From positions 608,001-672,000 of the forward strand of contig CAVYTU010000015.1 in assembly GCA_963771465.1 (NCBI GenBank): a stretch of 64,000 bases of DNA, given 5' to 3'. The first letter of the stretch is position 1. Each line of letters starts with the position of its first letter. The position numbers and the translations under genes were made by a program. This document shows, in pieces, positions 10,228 through 20,621 of the stretch. Under the pieces are notes generated by a model. That model had not been told where the DNA came from and did not search any database. It worked only from the letters and a program-made list of their open reading frames with translations. The stretch comes from an uncultured delta proteobacterium (GTDB lineage Bacteria; Desulfobacterota; Binatia; UBA9968).

Positions 10228-11518
10228 TTATTGTTCAACCGCATCCGATGCTTGCAAATTCGACGACATCCATCCTTGTCTGGGTTTACCGACAATTCGG
10301 TTATTACTCGTCTTATTCCCGCCCAACGAACCTTCTAGCCTATAGGCGACCTCGGACGCCTCAACAACATTGTTACGAACCTCATTGGATAGCAGCTCCC
10401 CACTCAAAGAGATGCCACTCGTGAACCCTTTCACGGTATTGTCCGCCACAAGAGATTTTTGGATGCGTCTTAGATCAATCGCGTATCCCCTACCGCCCGG
10501 CCCTTCATTTTCAAACTTGTTGCCACTGACGGTCAGTCCATTGAAGAGGATCCCCGCAGTAGCCGTTGTGTTGGCAAAGATCATCTGACTTGGTTGTGGC
10601 GCGTTGGCTTCGATGCGTAGACGATTGTTTTTGATCACGAGATCTTCAAACACATTTCCTGTGGTCTTCTATAGAATTATTCGGCGTGCCAATGCGGACG
10701 CCGTATCCGGCTGTCTTGGTCCGGATGACTTGATTGTCGGCAATGGTAATTCGCCGGAACACGCAATGGCTGTCGGTCGGCGGATCGATGCCAACACTAA
10801 AGCCCGCGCCAACGGGATCGATCACAATGTTGTTGGTGATCTGATAGTCCTCCGCAATCGCCTTATCTCCGACCGTAAATATGCCGATTCCGGCCGTCGC
10901 AACCGCACGCTTCACACTATTTCGCTCGATCACCACTCTTTGCGAGTGATTCACTTCGAGCTGCAAGTCCTCGATCACATTGTTCAGAATCTTTATGTCG
11001 CGGCTCGGCACTGAACCCCGCGCAAAGACGAACGAGTAGCGATCCGTCCTACCGACGGGTTTCGGAGCGCTGTCGATGAACCTGTTATTTTCAATGCGAA
11101 CTCCCGTTACCGCATAAAACACCACACCGCCATAGGACACGATGCCGTTTGCGTCAAACGCCAGATTGGAAATCACGATATCGCGAGACGCCTCGATCGT
11201 GGCCAGCCGCGCCGCGCCAGCCCTCTGCCTGATTACCGATTTCTGTCCTTCTCCGGCGAAGGATAAACCTGAACGATTTTTGACAACAAAATTCGAGACA
11301 TCGTAGATGCCGGAGGGAAAATAAATCGTCTCCCTAGCTTTCGCAGCATTTATTGCCGCTTGAATAGCCGCTGTATCATCCGCGGCCCCATCACCTCTGG
11401 CCCCAAAATCCCTAACGTTGACGATCCTGCCACCTTTGGGTTCCGACTCTGCTGATACCAGGCGACACGAACTTAAGGTCAGCACCAAGAAAACACTTAT
11501 GAGCATTCTAAGACTCAC
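10228..11518 (-). CDS. Lipoprotein right-handed beta-helix protein (paralog of 8463-9962), single frameshift near 10670
   Basis: GGAGG RBS then GTG 11518, lipobox-like LTLSSC, VNVRDFGARGDGAADDTAAIQAAI. ORFs 10646-11725 and 10228-10653 join at NNS..TGNVFED, matching GDNSQATRGNVFD in the paralog. Confidence 0.8.
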
Positions 11519-11584
11519 ATTACCTCCGAACCAACGAGATTTTCTGTCGTAGACCCGTGATCGCTTTATCCGCGAGCAATGGGC

Positions 11585-11637
11585 TGTAGAGATGATCCAT
11601 GTCGCCGAGCAGACGGCGCACCGTGAAGCGCTGCCGG
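11585..11637. repeat. Direct repeat copy of the glycosyltransferase 3' end (partner 12893-12945)
   Basis: 50/53 identical by manual alignment. The minus strand encodes RQRFTVRRLLGDMDHLY versus RQRFTVRRLLDDMEHLY. Confidence 0.85.
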
Positions 11638-11687
11638 GGCCCCGTAGTAAGTCGGAAACTGCATTCGCTGATCTGGTTTTGCAAAGA

Positions 11688-12551
11688 TTACAGAGCCGCA
11701 GAGGAGTGCCGGGAATGGATATCATGCCAACCGGGGATGGGTCTGCCCAGCAACCATCTAAGCCCCTGTGTAAGCTTACGGCCCCAGGTGATCCGTCTCA
11801 AACGAGAGTAGTCTCCGAAACAATGATAAAGAATAAATATTCCTTTATATTCTCTCAAAACACTGTCCTTTGTTTTCCATTTTCCTGGAAGATCTTCGCC
11901 AAAAAGGCCGGATGAACCAGAAGGAAACTGATAATTTATTGTCTTCCCTTCTTTAGCGGGATCAGGCAATACTTGGAATGCAATATTTTCTTGCTGTACC
12001 GACTTGAACTGCCCATATCCGAGTTGCACTAATAAGTCGATTTGGTCTTCAAGCGCCCTGAAGGCAGTCTTCTCCGATTCGATCGAAACGTAATTCGGTT
12101 TGATGTCAAAGTCGAGCAACGATTCGAGACAAACAAGATCGGAGCCTTCAATATCGATTTTCATGTAATACGGAATTCCGTATTGTCTCAGACACTCTTT
12201 GAAATCGACAACCTCAACTTCAATGACCTCGTTATCGGTTCCCAGGATTTGATTCCTATGGGCCCAGTCATCATTGACGGTTCCCCATGTCGATTTTTTC
12301 CGATTACGGTAGAACTTAATGCTCTTTGGCGCGTGCGCCTGAAGCTTAGGATCCACAATAGCCCCTTCAATTATGGTCAGCTCTTTCCGGTCCATTGCTT
12401 TCGCAAACCTGGTTCTGCAGAGGTTCACGAGGTCTGGATTGGCTTCGAAAGCAACGACTCTGAAGCCCTTCTGTAAGTAATAGTCGGTATCTTCTCCTTT
12501 ATGCATCCCGACATCATAGATCAAATCCAAGTGTTTTGGTGGTGGGTTCAT
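11688..12551 (-). CDS. FkbM family methyltransferase
   Basis: IYDVGMHKGED, VVAFEANP, YMKIDIEGSD motifs. Confidence 0.88.
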   Translation of the reverse strand: MNPPPKHLDLIYDVGMHKGEDTDYYLQKGFRVVAFEANPDLVNLCRTRFAKAMDRKELTIIEGAIVDPKLQAHAPKSIKFYRNRKKSTWGTVNDDWAHRNQILGTDNEVIEVEVVDFKECLRQYGIPYYMKIDIEGSDLVCLESLLDFDIKPNYVSIESEKTAFRALEDQIDLLVQLGYGQFKSVQQENIAFQVLPDPAKEGKTINYQFPSGSSGLFGEDLPGKWKTKDSVLREYKGIFILYHCFGDYSRLRRITWGRKLTQGLRWLLGRPIPGWHDIHSRHSSAAL

Positions 12552-12797
12552 AGCTTGACTCTAATCATTCAGTATTCAAGAGAATCGGTCGTTTTCAAAT
12601 TCCCCAACGTCCGTCCTGGTATCGGTTATCCGAGAGTTCGGTTATTGGCCTTTCTACTTCTGCCCAACGAACCATCCGCCGTTTTCGATCGAAAAGATTG
12701 TTTGTGATCAAGATATTCGCAAAATATTGCCACTAGTTCGCGTGCGCTGTTTGGCCTGTCTAGGCGAATACCCCTAACTAAAAAATGATAGCCAGAA

Positions 12798-14051
12798 CTA
12801 TTTTGATTCGCCCGCTGTCCAAATTATTTTCTCCCGCGGCTGAACCCGCTCCATCGTCGGAATAGCGATCGCCTTCTCCTCGAGAAGTTCGGTGTAGAGA
12901 TGCTCCATGTCGTCGAGCAGACGTCGCACCGTGAAGCGCTGCCGGACGAACTCCTGTCCGTTCCTACCCAACTCTCCCGCGGTGTGCGGGCTCTGCAGTA
13001 AGCCGCCGACTGCACACGCGAGCGCGTCAGCGTCCCGCGGCGGAACCAACCGCCCGGTCTTATGATCTTCGATCAGATCCGGCAGGCCACCGACACGAGT
13101 CGCGACCACCGGGCAACCCGCGGCCATCGCTTCAATCGCGGAGACCGGAGTGCCTTCGTTATCTGACGACACGACAAGAACGTTCAGGTCAACGCAGATA
13201 CGCGGCAGGTCGGTGCGCCAGCCGGTGAACACAACTCGATCGGCGATACCTAGCTCCCGCGCTTGATTTTCCAAAGTCGGGCGCAAGACACCGTCGCCGA
13301 CGACAACAAAACGTGCCGCCGGTTCTTGAGCAGCAATATACGCGGCGGATTGCAAAAAGAGTGCATGGTTCTTTATAGGAAAGATTCGTCCGACAATTCC
13401 GACCAACTTATGTTCGTCGCTCAAGCCCATTTCTCGTCGAAACTCGCCCTGCTGAACCTGAGAGTTCAGGAACGGATCCAGATCGAAGCCCAAGGGCACG
13501 ACGGAAATTTTCTCGCCCTTTGCAATACCGTAACCGACCAAATCATTCTTGACTTGCTCGCTCACTGTCACCAGTCGGTCGCAAAGCCAAGCCAATGACT
13601 GTTCGACGCGGCGCAACAATTCATTTTTCGCCGGGCCGTAGTAACCGTGCAGCACATGGCCATGAAAAGTATGAACCACCACCGGCACACCCGCCATTCG
13701 AGCGGCAAGACGCCCCAAGAAACCCGCCTTGGCGGTATGGGTGTGGACGATGTGAGGCCGCTCTTTGCGCATCAACGAGTACAACTTCCATAAAGCTTTG
13801 CCATCTCTTGGCGCTAGGCTGAAAGCCGTTACGATTTCCGGAATGACTGTAGGTTTCACACCGTGCGCCAGCGCAAAGTCCAACATCGAACCCTCGGCTT
13901 CATTTTCACTCCCCGCCACAAGCAGCGACAGATAACGGTTCGGGTTCAAACCTGCCGTTAGATTGACGACGTGGATGGCCGGGCCGCCGACGTTCAGCCG
14001 GCCGATGATGCGAAGGATCTTGATTCTGTCTTCGATGTTTCGGACAGCCAA
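12798..14051 (-). CDS. Glycosyltransferase family 4
   Basis: RLNVGGPA, VHTHTAKAG, NEGTPVSAIEAMAAGCPVVATRVGG. Start taken as TTG 14051 after GGAGAAG. Confidence 0.9.
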   Translation of the reverse strand: MAVRNIEDRIKILRIIGRLNVGGPAIHVVNLTAGLNPNRYLSLLVAGSENEAEGSMLDFALAHGVKPTVIPEIVTAFSLAPRDGKALWKLYSLMRKERPHIVHTHTAKAGFLGRLAARMAGVPVVVHTFHGHVLHGYYGPAKNELLRRVEQSLAWLCDRLVTVSEQVKNDLVGYGIAKGEKISVVPLGFDLDPFLNSQVQQGEFRREMGLSDEHKLVGIVGRIFPIKNHALFLQSAAYIAAQEPAARFVVVGDGVLRPTLENQARELGIADRVVFTGWRTDLPRICVDLNVLVVSSDNEGTPVSAIEAMAAGCPVVATRVGGLPDLIEDHKTGRLVPPRDADALACAVGGLLQSPHTAGELGRNGQEFVRQRFTVRRLLDDMEHLYTELLEEKAIAIPTMERVQPREKIIWTAGESK

Positions 14052-15979
14052 TGACTCTTCTCCTGGTCGATGAAGATTCGATGCCAAATCTCGAATGTCA
14101 GCAACGACCAAAGCCTGTGTCCGTGGTCGCGCTTGCCGCTTTCATGCTCGGCGATGAGCCTGCGCAAGGTTGGTTCGTGGAAGTATCCGCGCGCCAATGC
14201 CTCACGACTCAGAAGCGTCTCATGCAAATAGCTGTTCAGACTGGTGCGAAACCACCGGCCCACCGGCACGCCGAAGCCATGCTTTTTTCGATGAATAATT
14301 TCTTTGGGAAGGATATCCGCAAGCGCCGCCTTCAATATATATTTCGTGGTCATGCCCTTGAGCTTGAGCGCCGAGGGGATGCCGGACGCGAACTCCAAGA
14401 GTTCCTGATCGAGAAACGGGCAGCGCGCTTCGAGCGAGTTGGCCATGGTCATGCGATCGGTTTTAACCAACAGATCTCCCGGCAGATAAGTCGCCATATT
14501 GACCGAAAGCAGCTGGCCGATCAGATCATCGCCGCTAACCGAATCGAAATACCTCTGGAAATGCGCCACGGGAGACGATTCCAGGTCATCCACCAGGAGT
14601 TCACCGATTAGCGTCGGTGAAAAAATCCCGACCCAGCCCAAATAACGCTCGGATAAAGGCAACGCCGCGCTGTCGACAAATCGGCGCGCGCGCCGGACGA
14701 AGCTGCGGTAGGTCGTCGCTTCCGGCATGAGGTCAAGAGTTTGTTTCGCCGCGTTGCGCAACAGCGCGGGCGCGCGGCGATAATTTTCCGCCAAGCGCGC
14801 GGCGACGAAACGCTCATAACCGGCGAATAATTCATCGCCGCCGTCGCCGGTGAGAGCGACCTTGACATGCTCGCGGGTCTTTTGCGCGACCAAGAAAGAG
14901 GGAATCGCCGAAGAGTCGGCAAACGGCTGATCATGATGCCAAACCAGCTTCGGCAGCATCTCGATGGCGTCCGGACTCACCATGAACTCGCGATGCTCCG
15001 ATTTGAATTGCTTGGCGACCCTCCGGGCATATTCCAGCTCATTGAACGACGGATCATCGCTAAAGCCCATGGCAAACGTCTTGACCGGCTGTTTCATGAT
15101 CCGCGACATGAACGCGACAATCGCCGCCGAATCGACCCCGCCGCTGAGGAATGCGCCCAAGGGCACGTCGCTGACCAGCCGCACTCTGACGGCTTCTTCA
15201 AACAGCTCGCGCAATCGTTCGATATATTGTTTCTCCGAAAGAGCAGGCTCGATAGTTTTTTGCCGCGGCGCTTGCCAATAGCGATCGACAGTTACCGCGC
15301 CATTTTCAACCACCAGTCTATGGGCCGGCGGCAGCTCGAAGATATTTTCAAAAAATGTGTCGGGCGCCGGTACATAGCCGTAGCTCAGATACAACGGCAA
15401 AACGCTGCGGCGGACCTGCGCTTTTACCGAGGGGTCGGCCAAGATCGCCTTAATCTCGGAGCCGAAAATGATCCGGCCGTCATGCTGATAATAGTAAAGC
15501 GGTTTCTTGCCGACCCGGTCGCGCGCCAGCAGCAATCGTGGACCTTGGGTGAGAGTCTCGGCAGCGCCGCTGGCTGCGGATCGGGAGTCATAGATGGCCA
15601 GCGCGAACATGCCCCGCAGATGATGCAAGAACTCGTCGCCCCAGTTTTCGTAGGCGCGCAGGACGACCTCGGTGTCGGAGCGAGTCTTGAAACGATAGCC
15701 CTGGCCTTCCAGTTCTTTGCGCAATTCTTTAAAATTATAAATTTCACCGTTGAAGACGATCCAACAATCCTGGCGTTCGTTGGCGATCGGCTGATGGCCG
15801 CTGTTGAGATCGATAATACTCAACCGGGTCATGGCGATGCCGGCGTCTTCGAACTCCGCCTTGCCCCAATCGTCAGGGCCGCGATGCTCGATCGCCATGC
15901 TCATCTTCGCCAGACTCGGCCGCTTCCGGGGAGAATCCCGCCGCGTATCGATGTCTATCCAGCCGCAAATACCGCACAT
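13994..15979 (-). CDS. asnB: Asparagine synthase (glutamine-hydrolysing)-like amidotransferase
   Basis: MCGICG N-terminal nucleophile, HRGPDD, RLSIIDL, FNGEIYN, LSGGVDS, GDGGDELFAGY. Confidence 0.95.
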   Translation of the reverse strand: MCGICGWIDIDTRRDSPRKRPSLAKMSMAIEHRGPDDWGKAEFEDAGIAMTRLSIIDLNSGHQPIANERQDCWIVFNGEIYNFKELRKELEGQGYRFKTRSDTEVVLRAYENWGDEFLHHLRGMFALAIYDSRSAASGAAETLTQGPRLLLARDRVGKKPLYYYQHDGRIIFGSEIKAILADPSVKAQVRRSVLPLYLSYGYVPAPDTFFENIFELPPAHRLVVENGAVTVDRYWQAPRQKTIEPALSEKQYIERLRELFEEAVRVRLVSDVPLGAFLSGGVDSAAIVAFMSRIMKQPVKTFAMGFSDDPSFNELEYARRVAKQFKSEHREFMVSPDAIEMLPKLVWHHDQPFADSSAIPSFLVAQKTREHVKVALTGDGGDELFAGYERFVAARLAENYRRAPALLRNAAKQTLDLMPEATTYRSFVRRARRFVDSAALPLSERYLGWVGIFSPTLIGELLVDDLESSPVAHFQRYFDSVSGDDLIGQLLSVNMATYLPGDLLVKTDRMTMANSLEARCPFLDQELLEFASGIPSALKLKGMTTKYILKAALADILPKEIIHRKKHGFGVPVGRWFRTSLNSYLHETLLSREALARGYFHEPTLRRLIAEHESGKRDHGHRLWSLLTFEIWHRIFIDQEKSHWLSETSKTESRSFASSAG

Positions 15980-16027
15980 GGTTTTTCAGCTTTCCTAGTT
16001 TTCAATCGCGACAGATCTAGCGAACAT

Positions 16028-16897
16028 TTATGGGTGTCCATTCGCGGACGAACTTTGCGACGCTGCATCGTCCCTAAACTTAGACACACTTGTTGAATCA
16101 GTCGATTTCTTCCTGACCTGCAAGTAAATCACTAGAAAGTAATTTTTCACCTTGTCTCTAACGGCCGCGTCATCATTAATGAACTCCTCGAGCTCAAGCC
16201 AAAGACGCATAAAAGCATTTTTTTTCTCCGCGGGCATTAGATGATTGTGAATCCACTTGAGAGGGGGCAGATTGTAATATCGACAATCGACAACCTCCAA
16301 GCCCACCTCGTTGCATGCCGCGATTACTTCCCGATCGAGCCACGGCAAATCGTAGTGCCTCTCGTTGCCGAGCGAGCCTAAGCTATTTTTGACAATGTTC
16401 TTTGCCAATCGAACCGGTGCTTGAATATCAAATCTCGGTTGCCAATGCCCCGAATCCAACGTAAAAAACGCTTCGCCGCCGGCTTTCAATACGGTTTCTA
16501 CTTGCCGCATAAACGGAATGATCCGGGCCACGTGTTCGAGGACTTGGGTCGCGACGACGATATCGAAGGAATTCGCCGTGAAAAGGCTTTCGAGATCGTA
16601 GCCGCTGCCTTGACGCAAGGTGACCGAAAGTGACCATCCGCGTCGCGCCACCATCTCGCGCGCTTTCTCGATCCCATCAACGTCGATTCCGGTTAGGCGG
16701 AAACGCGCGTCCGTCCGGCTAAGAAGCGGTTCCCAAAATGCTAAAGGTTGAGGTCCGATACAACCGATATCAAGGATGTCGACTGCCGGAGCGTTGGCAA
16801 TGTGATCATGAAGCTTTTCAAGCACTTTGACCTTAGCGACATTTCCAGTCAGCACACTGTTGCCGGCGAAGGCTTCAGACCACGGCTTTGTGCTCAT
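16028..16897 (-). CDS. Class I SAM-dependent methyltransferase
   Basis: ILDIGC, TGIDVD, FDIVVATQVLEHV, LKAGG. Confidence 0.85.
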   Translation of the reverse strand: MSTKPWSEAFAGNSVLTGNVAKVKVLEKLHDHIANAPAVDILDIGCIGPQPLAFWEPLLSRTDARFRLTGIDVDGIEKAREMVARRGWSLSVTLRQGSGYDLESLFTANSFDIVVATQVLEHVARIIPFMRQVETVLKAGGEAFFTLDSGHWQPRFDIQAPVRLAKNIVKNSLGSLGNERHYDLPWLDREVIAACNEVGLEVVDCRYYNLPPLKWIHNHLMPAEKKNAFMRLWLELEEFINDDAAVRDKVKNYFLVIYLQVRKKSTDSTSVSKFRDDAASQSSSANGHP

Positions 16898-18014
16898 GAT
16901 TGTATCTCTCCATTTCCTCGTAGAGCGCCAACGTTTGTCGCGCCATTCTCTCTGCGGTAAAAAGCTTTTTCACCCGTTCCTGTCCTCGTCGTCCCATGCG
17001 ATCGCGCTCAACGGGATCTTTTATGAGCTGAATCAACGCACTGGCGAAAGCCTGAGGATTATCGCGCTCGACGAGGAGCCCAGTCTCGCCATCGAGTGCG
17101 ATTTCCGTCAGCGGCGGAATCGCGCTGGCCACCACGGACTTGCTCATCGCCATCGCTTCAACCAGCACTTGGCCGAATCCCTCCGACTTGGTCGCGAAGG
17201 CAAACAGGTCAATGGCGCTGAGAAATGACACGACGTCATTTTGAAAACCGACCAATCGAACGTTTTCGCCCAAACCAAGTCCGTCGATCTGCCGTTGCAG
17301 CGTCGCGCCATAATTCCAGGGATCGTGGCCGGCGATCAGCAGGAGCGCATTGGGAATGGCTTGACGGATCTGCGGCATCGCCGCGATCAGGCAGTCATGG
17401 TTCTTGCGCGGCTCCAGCCGGCCGATGGAGCCGATGACAACCTTGTCGTTGGCCCCCCACTGTTCTCGCAGATGACCTGTCGATTCAGAAAACCTGTCCG
17501 ATTCGATGCCGTAGTGAATTACCCTAGCCTTATCTTCAGGCATGCCGCGACCCACCAGCCAATCTCGCACCGCGTGCGAAATACATAACATCGCGTCGGC
17601 GCGCCGCCACAGTAAATTGAACAGCGGCAAACTCCATCGCCCTGACCAGTCTTCGCTATAGATCGCGTGAACCGAGCAAACCCAAATTAGGCCAGGATCG
17701 ACAATCCTGGCAAAGCCGCCGGCGAAATCGGCGCGCGGCAAGTGGGTGTGCAGGATATCCGGCTTTTCCGTACTTAAGATCTGCCCCAGCCGCCTTAGGA
17801 AGAGCGAGGCGTAGCGGCGATCAGCCTGCAAGTTGAGTATTGGAATATTGTCCCGTTCAAAGTCGGCCCGCAGGGAGCGGCTGTCTTTTACCTGTTCGCG
17901 CAAGCACGCGACCGTGACGTCGACGTTGAGGCGCTTCAAGTAACGGCAGAGCGTCAACAGATGCAGCTCTGCGCCACCGGCCGAAAGCGTGTTGATTAGA
18001 TGTAGAACTTTCAT
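16875..18014 (-). CDS. Glycosyltransferase family 4
   Basis: INTLSAGGAE, GRLEPRKNH, SEGFGQVLVEAM. Confidence 0.92.
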   Translation of the reverse strand: MKVLHLINTLSAGGAELHLLTLCRYLKRLNVDVTVACLREQVKDSRSLRADFERDNIPILNLQADRRYASLFLRRLGQILSTEKPDILHTHLPRADFAGGFARIVDPGLIWVCSVHAIYSEDWSGRWSLPLFNLLWRRADAMLCISHAVRDWLVGRGMPEDKARVIHYGIESDRFSESTGHLREQWGANDKVVIGSIGRLEPRKNHDCLIAAMPQIRQAIPNALLLIAGHDPWNYGATLQRQIDGLGLGENVRLVGFQNDVVSFLSAIDLFAFATKSEGFGQVLVEAMAMSKSVVASAIPPLTEIALDGETGLLVERDNPQAFASALIQLIKDPVERDRMGRRGQERVKKLFTAERMARQTLALYEEMERYNHEHKAVV

Positions 18015-18042
18015 GGGGAGAAAATTTCTTTTCCGCTCATTA

Positions 18043-19497
18043 TCAAGTCGGCGCGCGGGTCACTCGCAATACTGTGTTTCCAAGCCAGATCAAGAAACCC
18101 GTAAAACTCACGGTTGACAGGGCCTGAGGCCAAACATCGATGGACACCCAAAACGCTTGCACGGCGCTGAGCAACGCCAAGCAATAGATCGCGCTGTGCA
18201 AACTGCCGTCGCGAAATTTGAGATAAAGTATCTTAAGCACAACTCCCAGTAGTAGCGTCACGACCGCCACGCCGGGGAGACCGAAATTCAAGTAAGCGTC
18301 GCCGATTAACGACGCATTGACCCCCCATCTTTCCTGGTTTTTTCCAAAGCCAGCGAGCTCCTCTACGATAAACACACCGGCACTTCGCCCTGGAATCGGC
18401 AACACCGAATTTAACGGCCAGGACAGCGCGCCATAGAAAGTGTCGCCGTTAAGAACGCCCGGGCCGATGGCGACGGCACCCGCAAGCGCGTGCAACTGGC
18501 CCAAATCCGTGAAGATACTGCTCTGAAGATGCTGCCAAAATCGATGCACCGACAGCGCTTCCGAAATCGCCTTGGCGCCAAATTCTCCCCGATAAAGCAG
18601 GCCCACATAGGACAACCAGAGTGCGCCGGCAATGACCACCGGCAACAATACAACATAGCGCATGGCAATTTTTATTTTTGGCCACGACGCCCGATCGCGC
18701 TTAAAATACCAAAGTAAAAGGAGTCCCGCCGCGATTGGGGTCATGGATCGAGCTCGCCCGCCAAGCACGCCATACAACAATCCCGCTATCAAAACAGGAG
18801 CCAATGAGATCCAGCCCCGTCCTTTGTTCAAAAAATCGCAGGTGAGAAGCGCGCTTCCCGCTATGAGCATATAGGCCAGGAAAAAAAACTTGCCGCTGCC
18901 CACTTGAATGACCGTTCCACGAAATCCGCCCGTCAGGATGACACCTAACGACGCATTCGAAATTACGAATGCAACTAGCGCAAGAGCCCCAATGAAACAT
19001 CCAACAAGACCGGCTGCCCAACCGTTGCCGACAACCTGCAGTTTGAGGCGTGCTTTCTCGACAACTTCGCCCTGAACTAAGAGCCACCCGAGGACGACAC
19101 CGGAAAGTCCCATGAGTGCAAGAGACCATCCCCACTGCCAATCGTAATCTGACAGTTTCAGCGAGTTGAACACCGCGCTCACATCCTCCGAAAGTTCCAC
19201 GTCGCTCAGAATCAAAGCCCCGGGCACTAGAAAACGAACAAACCCGGCTGCAATAATCAAGCAAAGCGGATTGAACGGATCTCTCCAAGTATTCAAGGTA
19301 AGAATAAAAGCGGAACCGATTGCCAAGAGAGCGATCGCTTGGAACCAAGATAGCAACCACTCCTGCTGCGATTCAAAAGCAATCAATCCCAATATTAACG
19401 CCAGCGCGGCGGTCCATACACTAAACGCGCCCCGGTTGTGCCTTATCAAAACCGGCACATACCGCTCACCAGAATCGGCTTGTGCGACCCTAAACAT
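18043..19497 (-). CDS. wzy: Putative polysaccharide polymerase (Wzy)
   Basis: Polytopic membrane protein with GGRAR and SLIGDAYLNFG.PG motifs, inside a Wzx/Wzc locus. Confidence 0.7.
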   Translation of the reverse strand: MFRVAQADSGERYVPVLIRHNRGAFSVWTAALALILGLIAFESQQEWLLSWFQAIALLAIGSAFILTLNTWRDPFNPLCLIIAAGFVRFLVPGALILSDVELSEDVSAVFNSLKLSDYDWQWGWSLALMGLSGVVLGWLLVQGEVVEKARLKLQVVGNGWAAGLVGCFIGALALVAFVISNASLGVILTGGFRGTVIQVGSGKFFFLAYMLIAGSALLTCDFLNKGRGWISLAPVLIAGLLYGVLGGRARSMTPIAAGLLLLWYFKRDRASWPKIKIAMRYVVLLPVVIAGALWLSYVGLLYRGEFGAKAISEALSVHRFWQHLQSSIFTDLGQLHALAGAVAIGPGVLNGDTFYGALSWPLNSVLPIPGRSAGVFIVEELAGFGKNQERWGVNASLIGDAYLNFGLPGVAVVTLLLGVVLKILYLKFRDGSLHSAIYCLALLSAVQAFWVSIDVWPQALSTVSFTGFLIWLGNTVLRVTRAPT

Positions 19498-20621
19498 CTT
19501 TTGGCCTCAGCGCATCCGGGTTAGCCACACCCTGGCAACAAGAATCATTGCCGGGAAGTGCCGCATCAAACAAACTCACAAGCTTTTGCGCGAGCCGGCT
19601 GAGACCATGGTTGGCTTCGACCTGTTTGCGAAAATACCCACCGATCGCAGTCCTTTCGCTATCTGGGAGCGATAGCGCCCACTCGAGTCGATCCGTCAAT
19701 CGATTCCGCGTTGCCGTAATCGTAGACACAGCGATCCGCGTAGATGCCCAAAGTATCCTTAAATCCCTCATTGGCAACAACAGACATAAGACCGCAGGCC
19801 ATCGCTTCCCAGGCAACTTTGTCGCCTGAACCGGTCGGTGTCATGTTCACGTAGACGGTAGCCCGGCGATACCAAGCGGGGAGTTTATTGAGCGGCACGG
19901 CCGATTCGAAGGCAACAATATCCTCCAGGTTTAATTCCTTAACTTGTTGGTGAAGCGATCGCACATACTCCCTATCCCGCGCAGTAGCGTTGTCCCCGAG
20001 AATGATCACTCGAAAAGGCTCGGTCCATACTTGCCGCAGGCACCACGCCGCTCTGATAAGCGTTGGGTGATCCTTAACTGGAGACAGGCGTCCCACACAA
20101 AGAATAATCGGACAATCGACCTTCTCTACGTTCGCGTCCGGACAAAACAACTCGGTATCGATCCCTTGCCCGACCGCAACAAGCTTGTCGTGCCTGTAGC
20201 GATAGGCGGATGACAAGCTAGAAATCATTTGAAACGAGAACCAATGGGCAATCTTCAGCATTCGCGTTACTTTTGAATGGGCGTACCACGTAAATATGGG
20301 GATCTTCCTAGTTTTTAGAATAGGCCCAGCGAGAACGGTAAAAAGAGGGTTCATGTGGGAAAAACATGCATCAACGCGATCTCCTCGCAGAATCCGGGCG
20401 AGTATTTTGTAGAACTCCCAAAGCCGCCGCAGTTCACTGTAGCCTTTTTCCTTGCCGAGGGAATGAACTCGCACATTCCCCGGCAGCGCAAGCCGTCCAA
20501 CACGCATGGTCACGACGTGAACGAACTCGACTCGCTCCGCCAATGCACGAATCCAGGACGTGGTAAAGCCCAACACCGTATCATCCGCATCGGTCGCCAG
20601 ATTAAAGACTAGAAGCCGCAT
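19490..20621 (-). CDS. Glycosyltransferase family 4 (frameshift near 19700)
   Basis: VGRLSPVKDH, TGSGDKVAWEAMACG. The C-terminus continues in ORF 19490-19816. Confidence 0.82.

Noticed and set aside
14051-16096. Long plus-strand ORFs (186 and 409 aa) opposite asnB
   Set aside because: Antisense shadows of a GC-rich gene with no recognisable motifs.
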